A stretch of DNA of 64,000 bases from Octopus vulgaris. Lineage: Eukaryota. The notes beneath the pieces are model-generated. The model was not told the origin of the DNA. It did not search any database and saw only the letters and a program-made list of their open reading frames with translations. Below, piece by piece: positions 54,093 through 64,000 of this stretch (the stretch's first letter is position 1; each line of letters starts with the position of its first letter). The translations under genes and the position numbers were made by a program. The DNA lies in the NCBI GenBank assembly GCA_951406725.2, contig OX597825.1:44578001-44642000 (forward strand), read 5' to 3'.

Positions 54093-54747
54093 AAAAAATA
54101 TATATGTATATGTATACACACTTATACATAAATATGTGTGTGTATGTATATGCATGTATATATCCGAAAGTGCGTGTGTGTGTGTGTTTGTGTGTGTACA
54201 CGTGCACGATCGTGCGGGAGATCATTTGTGAGTGTATATAGACAGATAGATAGGCAGGCAGATTATATATAAATTTATATGTAAATATATACGTAATTTG
54301 TATAGACTTAATTTTCTGAAGCGTGTTATATAAATAAGATTATGAAATATTTAATGTTTCTTAGTGAACGTGGCGTATATATAGTTTCTATATTTTGTTT
54401 GTCGTGTTTTTCTTTTTCGTAAGAAGTCTCTTATTAAAGCGTATAAAACAAAATCCGACATAAATACGCGCATGTTATTTTTACATATCCTCTATTAGAA
54501 AAGGTGCAGCTTCACATTTGTATACATATTTGTATACATCTGTCTGCGCATATTAGATAGATACATACATATGTACACACATAAGCACACTCACACATAC
54601 ACACACATATATATATCAAAAACAAGAAATTGTAAAACGTTTTTGTTATTATCTATTCACCATTACATATGTACACACGTATATCTATCTATGTAACATA
54701 TCTATGTGTGTGTGTATTATGTCTGTATGCATGTATGCATGTATGTA

Positions 54748-54791
<44 letters not shown>

Positions 54792-55185
54792 TCTTGTGGA
54801 CGTACATACATATATACTCGCAGACCTTTAGATATACAATAAATAAACATATGCATAAATATATATCAGTATGTTTAGTTGTTCGGGTTTTTCCCTTACG
54901 TTTCCTAATAATCGATGTGCAATCGAGGATGCGAAAGATAGAAAAAAACGTGGTATTTGTAGGAAGAACTCTTTGTTCTGAATGCTATACATGCCGAGTG
55001 TTTGTAAAGGTATATTTTTTATTATTTTAAGTCTCAAGAGAATGATGGTTAAGTATATTTCACATAGCCTTTAATTGGAATTCGATTTACTAATGGAACG
55101 TTTTTGTTTTGGAAAAAATTGAATACATGATATTTTGTTTGAGTAATCAGAACATTTATCAAATCTTTAGAATTTCACACATGCA

Positions 55186-55274
<89 letters not shown>

Positions 55275-55288
55275 GTCTACCTACCTAC

Positions 55289-55348
<60 letters not shown>
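55186..55348. repeat. (TATC)n microsatellite
   Basis: Direct inspection. Confidence 0.95.
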
Positions 55349-55349
<1 letters not shown>

Positions 55350-55582
55350 CTTCTTTCTTTCTAGTTTACACAAATTTACATATATATTTTTTATTATTTT
55401 ACTTGTTTCAGTCATTTTAACTGCGGTCATGCTGGAGCACCACCCCTAGTCGAACACGACTTATTCTTTGTAAGCCTAGTACTTCTTCTAACGCATTTTC
55501 CTGCCGAACCTCTAAGTTATGGGTACATAAACACACCAAGATCTGTTGTCAAGCGATGGTCGTGGGACAAACACAGACACAA

Positions 55583-57143
55583 AAAACAATTACTTCCTAT
55601 TCGATGCAACATACTACCGCCAAAAATGCAAAGCAGCGCCTGTCCTTGCGAACCTAATAATGGGTTTCTTTGAATCTACCCTATATGAACTTCCGCTCCA
55701 AAAATTTGGACCCCCATTCCACCAGTATATAAGAGAAAACTGGAAAAGGTACCTAGACGATTGTTTTATCACCTGGAATGAAACCTATGATAAATTCCTG
55801 GATTTCAAATCCACACTGAACAATATAAACCCCAACATCCAATTTACAATGGAATATAGCAAGGAACAGCTACCATTTCTAGACATTTTGATTATAAAAA
55901 ATCCAACAACTAAATTGAAACTGACATCTACTACAAACCAACAGACTCAAAACAGTATCTCCTTTTCAGTTCATGGCATCCTAAACACACCAAAATAAAT
56001 ATCCCCTTCAATCTAGCAAAATAATCTGTACAATTGTATCTGACACAACCACTCGGGAACTTTGCCTACAAGACCTCAAAATAACACTCATTGAACGTTA
56101 ATACCCACCCACACTAATAGACTATGAAATTACACGTTCCAAGAAATTGGACACAAACACACTAAGGACAATAAAAAAAACACCACACCTCACTTTAAAT
56201 CATTCCCATACATATCAACCCACAACCCCAGAAACAATGAAACGTACAATACAATTGTACAAAATCTCCCTCTGCTCACTCAAGACCCGAAAATGAACAA
56301 CATTCTAAATACACATAAACTCCTCAAATGCAAAAAACAACACAAATCACTCAAGAGACTCCTAAAACGTGCAAAATTATACTCAATACATACGATACCA
56401 ACTGTTAAAAATGCAGACGACCTAATTGTGGTACATGCCCATACCTTACTAAAGGCTCGGAATTCACATTCCAGCAAGGAGAAAAATTCTCAATTAAGAC
56501 CAACTTCACATGTGATTCCCAGAACTTTATCTATGTCCCAACCTATTATGTGGGCCAAATGAGTCTTACTTTAAGACGCAGAGTCACGCTGCATAAAGAG
56601 CAGGTTCGTTTTCCTCAATACAGGCAGATAGCCCTGAGTGAACATATCGACAGATACCAAAAGAAACAAAACGCCGAATTTCCATATCTTTCCATTATAC
56701 CAATGCAAAGATTCAACCTCCTTACAAGAACGTCTAAACAAGAAAACCCTGTTCATACAAAAGTACAGGCCACACCTTAATATACAAACTTGAACACTTC
56801 AAAAATTATTCTGAGGAGTTAGTTGTCCCCCTTGCCACCTGTTGCCTCCCTTGGTCCACTCTCGAGACTCATTCTTATTTTTCAAGTATCCAAAATGGCA
56901 AGATCCCTTTGTCACAAGAATTGATTACTTCACAATGTCCCTTGAAAAGCTAATGTAAATAGTGAAAACTGGTCGGACATCACGACATCCATAAAATATG
57001 TATATATATTTTTTAAAAATTCTTTATAAAAAGATATTAAATTATGTGAAACGAAAGCATTTCTATTCCACTTTTTATGTTCTCCACATATTTTCAACTC
57101 ATAATTCTGCCACCTGGTGTATACTAAATCTCTAGTATTTTCG

Positions 57144-57145
<2 letters not shown>
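55583..57145 (+). mobile_element. 5'-truncated Neptune-type Penelope-like element
   Basis: APVLANLIMG, RYLDDCF, NIQFTME..LPFLDI and GIY-YIG remnants. Related to 23800-27670. Confidence 0.88.
56935..56980 (+). ncRNA. Degenerate minimal hammerhead, U3-A8 variant, in the Penelope 3' terminus
   Basis: ATGTCC-c-TTGAAAA-GCTA..TAGT-GAAA-actgG-TC-GGACAT. Confidence 0.55.
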
Positions 57146-57201
<56 letters not shown>

Positions 57202-58658
57202 ATATATATATATACACGCACACACGACAGACTTCTTTCCGTTTCCTTCTGCCAAATCCACTCACAAGGCTTTGGTCAGCCCGAGACCATAGTAAAAGGC
57301 ACTAGCTCAAGGTGCCATGCAGTGGGACTGAACCTAGAACAATGTGGCTGGGAAGCAAGCTTCTTCCCACACAGACACGCCTGCGTCTATATATAAATTT
57401 ATAATCAGGGTATAAGATTGTACACAGCATTGATAGAAATGAGAGTACCTCGGTCTGAACGTAACCTATCAGTTTTGGAAATGTTTTCATATAAAAATCA
57501 GGTTCTTTCATTTTTAATTATACGAATTCCCGTTGACCAAAACTATCCTATAAATCTCTCACATATATGCTTTATATCCAGTAACAACTACCACCCTCCT
57601 ATAAGTAATCCAAACATTTTACGAATATTTAGATTACCAAAATCTACTTGAGAATCCACAATTTAAAAACTGAGGCAACCAATTACGCAGACTCATTTAA
57701 CCGTATATAATTCAAGTTTAATATGAAAGCTAATTCTCATCTCTAAAATAACTGACAACCATAAATTATTATTTAGAATAAACAGTGGTAACGAACACGT
57801 AACAGCTTACATTCCTGAATAAACAAGTTGGCTTTCTATAAAATCCACAACTATAAAATATAAAAGTAGATCCTACAAATCATAATTTATTATGTTCTCA
57901 AAGGCAACTATTTATTAGTCACAACACACGATTCTTTCAACTATAACGGTTAAAGATTAACACTATCTCGTTTAAAATAAGAAAAATTTAACGACAGTCA
58001 TCTTTACAGCTGATGCAATAAAATATAATTTGGAGGCGAAATATAATTACTTACTTCAGCTTGCATTCACACTACATACACCCCGGCATGTTGGTTTAAT
58101 ATCTGATATTATTCCCTTTAGCCCATTTCTACTCTCGTCTTTAAATTTTCATCTTTTATTTTTATTAACTTTCTTTTCACTATATATATTTCCTCCTTTC
58201 CTCAACATTTCCCGCGAGGTTTTGATAAACCTTCGTCTTTGACATTTGCCTAAACGTTAACCTTCTGATTTAAAATTATCTCTCCATTCTTCTAGACGTT
58301 ACTCTGCTCTAAATTCAATGTATTTTAAATACATATCATTTCCTTTCACTTATCCCTATTTGGTAAGCCATCCGCGGTGAACATTCGAAGAATAAACTAC
58401 TTCAGTCTTTTCTTCAGTTAATGTCTTCGTACTTTAATTACCGAAGCTTAAACTTGGTAGAGCGTTAGACAAAATGCCTTGTGGTAATTAGTTGCAAATT
58501 CTTACGTCTTGTGTTCAAATCCCAGCGTTGTCATTTTTTGTCAACCTTCGGTGGAATATCAAATACAGTACTGAGAGTGATATAATCAACAAATTCCTTT
58601 TCCTCATATTGAAACATGAGCGTGTGTAAGAAACCATTTAAGAACATATGTTTATGCG

Positions 58659-58724
<66 letters not shown>

Positions 58725-58839
58725 CGTGCGTGCGTGCGTGTGTGTATGTGTGTGCGTGCATGTGCATGTATCTGGTGTGTTTATTATGAAGTTAGAATAG
58801 TTCGGGAATCCTTTTGTGTCCCCTTTATAAAACGTAAAA

Positions 58840-59985
58840 GAAGCAATATAACTGGTGCAACGTGACAAGTCCACAATTCGATTTTGAATAGGCTTGGACA
58901 GACGCATGCTACTCGAATACAAACAGCTGTATGCAGAATTTCATCGACACTTCACTGAAGTGTACGAGACACGTGGTGAGTCTGGGACAGGCTGATATAC
59001 CACGCCTTTCGTTCAGGGATGCGGCATTCTGGTAGATGCTGATTAAAGCCAAAGATATGATGATGAGCTGCGCAGGGGAGAAATCTCTGGAACTGGATGA
59101 TATGCACTTCGAGCTTTATTTCCATATGTCACACTTTTTCGGGGATTTCTGGCTGATCAAACTGGAAAGCTTGCTCTTCCGCTTTCTGTGGAAGTGACGT
59201 GATCCGCTCGTTAGACGGTACATCTACTGTCAGCAGCTGCTGAGTGGAGGGTCGGGTGTGTTGTGGTCAATGATACGTAGACATCGCTGAGGCTGCAACA
59301 TCTTCAGCGTTTTCTTAACAGTGAGCAGGTGTAGTGACTGTTTGCCGGACAGAATTTTCCGCAGCTCGTCTCATGGACAGAGCTACAGTCCTGAATCAAG
59401 CGTAGCCCAAGAAAGGATGCTTAACACCCGAAGCGTCGGCAAGCGCTCATAGCCCTCAGCCATCGGGTAATGCGGTCAGTGGAAATTCCACGTTGGAATT
59501 TTATAGGGGATTAGTGGCGGGCATGAGCGACAAGCTCTTCGGAGAAACCCGATAGGAATTGTCTAGCTGGTCTTTTCCGGAAGACTTTCGGACCTGGGCC
59601 TATGGATAATTATCTGAAATCCTTAGCTTAGCAGTGCTACTGGGAAGCTTTACCGGTTCGAGAACAGCTCTAAAGGCAAGACAATACTGTCAGATGAAAG
59701 TCGACGAGAGCTTGGCCGAAGAGGAAAGTATCTGTCATCAGTCTTTTCAATCCTGTCCACCACACGACCGTTTCCGCTATAGCTACCAGATTAAGAAAAA
59801 TTGCTTTCCCTTCTCGGCCAAAAGAAGGCGACGGGGCGATCTTTACAATGGACTCGGTTGATAACCGGATCCATCCTACACGTGTTGACTTCTGTTCCAC
59901 AAAGCTGCATAAGTCAGCAATGCCCGACAATGGACGAGCGCATGCTGAACGGTTTCATCGCCCTGCGCACATATCGGACTGCAAT
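58840..59985. mobile_element. L1/Tx1-type ORF2 C-terminal fragment with an inverted distal part
   Basis: Plus strand to ~59676: FRKTFGPGPMDNYLKSLA*QCYWEALPVREQL. Minus strand 59985-59677: [19 protein letters not shown] zinc finger. Confidence 0.7.
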
Positions 59986-60009
59986 TTTTATACATTCTAT
60001 GCATTGTTG

Positions 60010-60062
<53 letters not shown>

Positions 60063-60128
60063 GATATATATATATATTTGTGTATGTGTGTGTGTAGTAC
60101 ATATAAATGGTATATATGCATATATATA

Positions 60129-60191
<63 letters not shown>

Positions 60192-60275
60192 TGAATGTAT
60201 ATATATATGTACATATGTATATATGTATATGTATATATATATGTATGTATATATATATATTTGTATATATATATG

Positions 60276-60381
<106 letters not shown>

Positions 60382-60390
60382 TATATATAT

Positions 60391-61315
60391 ATTATAAAAA
60401 TAGGGTTCAGTAAAATAATTTACTTTACCACACACCGAACTTTTAGAAATAGCAGCCAAAAATTTTAGATATTCCTTCTACTGTAAGAAAAATCTCCCAG
60501 ACAATGCATACTCAAAAACGTGGGTTACAGAGTGATACATTTCTACAGAGGGAACTGTAGTTAAAATTTCAGGTAGAGAGAATTATATTGTCAATAATAA
60601 AAGGGTAAAACTAATTAATTATTAATTAATTTTACCAAGTAGTGTTCAGTATGTAAAAAGACCATTCACGGTATATTTGAAACGTTACATTATAAAAATA
60701 GGGTTCAGTAGAATAATTTACTTTACCACACACCGAACTTTTTAGAAATAGCAGCCAAAAATTTTAGCTATTTCTTCTACTGTAAGAAAAATTTCCCAGA
60801 CAATGCATACTCAAAAATAACTCATACAGGTATAGAGGGAAAAATAACGAAAGATCACACCTATATAAGATTACCTGAGAACAGGCCCGTTTCTGGATTA
60901 GTTGATTATAAAGATCAACATTTCCTTCGTCAGCTCAAGGATTTCTTATATTTGGATTTGAAAGTACTAAAAATCAAACATACCCGTCTGGTATGAGTGA
61001 TCCCAGACAAACCATATCAGACCGCCAGTACCAACGAATTCAAAAATACAAGTGAGGTCTCGCATTCGTCCCCTTCCACCCACATGGGTTACAGAGTGAT
61101 ACATACAGAGTGATACAGAAACGGGCCTGTTCTCAGGTAATCTTATATAGGTGTGATCTTTCGTTATTTTTCCCTCTATACCTGTGTGAGTTATTTTTGA
61201 GTATGCATTGTCTGGGAGATTTTTTTTACAGTAGAAGAAATATCTAAAATTTTTGGCTGCTATTTCTAAAAAGTTCAGTGTGTGGTAAAGTAAATTATTT
61301 TACTGAACCCTATTT
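60391..61315. repeat. Tandem plus inverted duplicated PLE-terminus-like repeat
   Basis: 60391-60518 repeats at ~60689-60818; 61117-61315 is the reverse complement of ~60697-60895. Confidence 0.9.
60874..60939 (-). ncRNA. Type-I hammerhead motif, C3-G8 core
   Basis: Reverse complement CTTGAG-CTGACGA-aGGA..GTTGAT/ATCAAC..TCCa-GAAA-CGGGCCTG-TT-CTCAGG. Confidence 0.65.
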
Positions 61316-61347
61316 AGAGCAACGCCATAAACTGGCCATATCTATCT

Positions 61348-61423
<76 letters not shown>

Positions 61424-61498
61424 TTGTCTGTCTGTCTATTGATGGCTGAAGACTAGCCACAACTCAGAGAACCAAGGAGTTTTAATCAAACGGTTTTG

Positions 61499-61546
<48 letters not shown>

Positions 61547-61899
61547 GTTAAGAAGCTTACTTCCTAACTACATGGTTCCAGTTTCAGTTCTACTGCGTGA
61601 CACCTTGGGGAAGTGTCTTCTACTATATCCTCGGGCCGACCAAAGTCTTGTGAGTGGAGTTGACAGGCGGAAACTTAGCGTTTCAGCAAGTAGAATGATA
61701 GAGTAAGTACCAGGCTTAAAGGGAATAAGTACTGGGTCGATTCATTCGACTAAAAATTCTTCAAGACCGTTCTCCAGCATGACCACTGTCTAATGACTGG
61801 AAATCCATCCAGTGAGAGGTAAATATCATTTATTATACACAGTACTTAAATGTGAGCTGCTAATAGTGTCATGCCGTGGATACACAATACATCAGCAGG

Positions 61900-62956
61900 T
61901 ATATAGAATGTGCCTTGTGTCTCCGAGCAATCTTTCAGGCTCAAATAGACATGGTTGCTCTTATTTCTAAGATAGGGCGTGATATAAGAGAACATACAGG
62001 TAGATGCAAAAGATGAAACAAGAAAACAAACGGTGAATGAAAACGAACTCCAAGGACCAAACAATAATTGGTACTACCTTGACCTTCATTTTCCACAGCC
62101 GGTCTATTTTTTCGCATTCCTTCTTAACCATTCGTGTGTTAAAGTGCACTTGATATGAATTATAGAGTACATATGGCTCATTTTTACTGCCACCACTATA
62201 TCCAGTTTGTTGTACTCAAGCATCTGGTCTTTGTGCCTTAAGCTCTAAACTCCCATTTTTTACAGTTTCCAGTGCAGCCCTTTAGCTACCTCATCGTGTT
62301 GCCACAGCTTATATTGGCTTGGGGCAAGTCGAGGGCATTCGTTCAACATATGGGCAATGGTTTCATCAAATCTATTACAGATAGATACTTTTCTTCATTT
62401 CTAAAGTTGGCCTTCCAGTTTTGTGGCCAAAGCTTGGTCTTGTGCTGCCAGTATAGTGTCCACAATTTCCTTTTTAGTGTTCTTTTCTTTAACTAGTCAC
62501 ACTTATGCTCTCCAGTAACTTCAGTTGTAGTTACATAGAATCAACTGTGTTGTCCCTTGTTGCGTAGTATTTTATCATGTCCTTGTATTTCTTGTTTTGT
62601 TTTCTTTTATCCTCCTTTCAATATGCCCGCATATCTAACTGCCTTGGTTTCCTCACTTTGGGTTAGATATCTCAGTAAGTTCCCATGTGCAATACGCTAC
62701 ACATACTTCCATATTTATCAGTCCCCATGTATAGACGAGCAATGTCTGCAAGTGGATTATTGGTTCCAAGCACTGTTATGAGCTTCCTTGTCTTCCTGTC
62801 CAGTTCATTTAGCTCATTCTCTGTCCACTTCAGAGTCGCAGCTTTATACCGAACCACTGCGACATTTGAGCTAGCCATGACGTGTAGACTTCTATCAATG
62901 CTTGAAGTGATTATGCCTGTTTTCCTCTTAGCCATATCTATCTATCTTTCTATCTA

Positions 62957-62995
<39 letters not shown>

Positions 62996-63275
62996 CTATC
63001 TATTATTGTTGTTGTTGCTATTATTATTACTATTTCATATACACTCAACAGATTAGATTGTTAGAAAGAAAGATTCCTAACATCGGGATACAACAAGTAA
63101 CCTTAGATACCAAGAATCCTCCTAAGTATCCCTACTGTCCCTAATAGCACTGTTATCTGGAACTGTACTAAACTGGGTTTTATGCCTATTTCCTCTATCC
63201 ATGTATTCAAATCTTTAAGGATAGTTTTTAATGCACCTATAACTTTAGGGATACATTTTACCCGCACTTTCCATA
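61900..63275 (-). mobile_element. Degenerate R4/Dong-type LINE fragments
   Basis: VVRYKAATLKWTENELNELDRKTRKL, ARLY, LWKMKVKVVPIIV, and a second 3' tip at 63100-63275. Confidence 0.7.
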
Positions 63276-64000
63276 GTCTCTATATAATCATAGAGCAAAG
63301 TACGAGTATAATATTTAGTCAAGAGAAAGAAACAATGCATACATGTAGAGATGCAACATCAATAACTTTATAACCCCAAACTCTGTACTGAAATGCACAC
63401 TACGAAAAGTAAATACAACGGATTAGCAATAGCCATGCTCTGGCCGTATTCATTTTTCCTATCCCCGAAGAAACAAATAGGATCTATTCCCTCCACTGTT
63501 CAATGGAGGGAATGCAACTGCCCGAAACGTTTACTTTTCTTTCCTTTCTTTACGCTATAACCTAGGTGCATTGACTTTCTACTCTAGTTCATTGTTTTTA
63601 TAGATTTTTTTGTTGTTTCGTTTAATTGTTTACCTTGATTTTTTTCATCTCTTATCTAGATATCAATCAAAGCACTAGCAGAGACATTATCTGAATTACT
63701 ACAGGATTTAATTATTTATTATATTCCTAATGGAATATAGTATTTATCATATTCCTAATTGTCATAAAAAAGTTGGTCATCTGGCAGAGTAGTAAGCACA
63801 TCGACAGAAATGCCTTCCGTTATTATTTCCTACACTTTACCTGCTCAGTTCAATATCATTCCCAGGTCAACTTTGTTTTTTATCGCTCGGCTATTCATAA
63901 AGTGACAACTAAGTACTGAGGTTTCAACTACCTCATCCCTTCAAATTACTGGTCTTATGACGAATTTAGAAACAATTGTCACGGATAGAACATCTTTCAT

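Larger units (their letters stand above)
55390..57390 (-). mobile_element. SINE (same family as 9510) split into 55390-55582 and 57225-57390 by a Penelope insertion
   Basis: The two halves are colinear with 9510-9935 and 11791-11830. Confidence 0.75.

Noticed and set aside
63485-63511. 10-bp hairpin ATTCCCTCCA/TGGAGGGAAT between CCGAAGA and GAAACGT
   Set aside because: Possibly a decayed ribozyme stem II, but the core and stem I are not supportable. It is not a terminator in this eukaryotic context.

Overview
Eukaryotic, AT-rich, microsatellite-dense and repeat-saturated DNA with no convincing host gene. The SINE families and microsatellite load suggest a cephalopod (octopus-like) genome; this is inference. 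The window is a nested pile of transposable elements. It holds a head-to-tail cluster of gag/ORF1-only retroelements (1-8.4 kb) interrupted by a HERO-type RLE LINE, and a further ORF1-only element inserted into a SINE with a 15-bp target-site duplication. It also holds a near-complete 6.1-kb Helitron plus a non-autonomous relative, three Penelope-like elements, an internally deleted Gypsy provirus with both LTRs, R4/Dong and Tx1/L1 LINE relics, a Tc1 (IR/DR), a mariner and several SINEs. The most notable hidden signal is a set of minimal type-I hammerhead-ribozyme motifs whose position 3/8 core pair covaries (C-G, U-A, A-U). They sit in Penelope termini, in a perfect 232-bp-arm palindrome and in a 363-bp circularly permuted retrozyme-like repeat. 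Element boundaries without TSD/TIR evidence are approximate.
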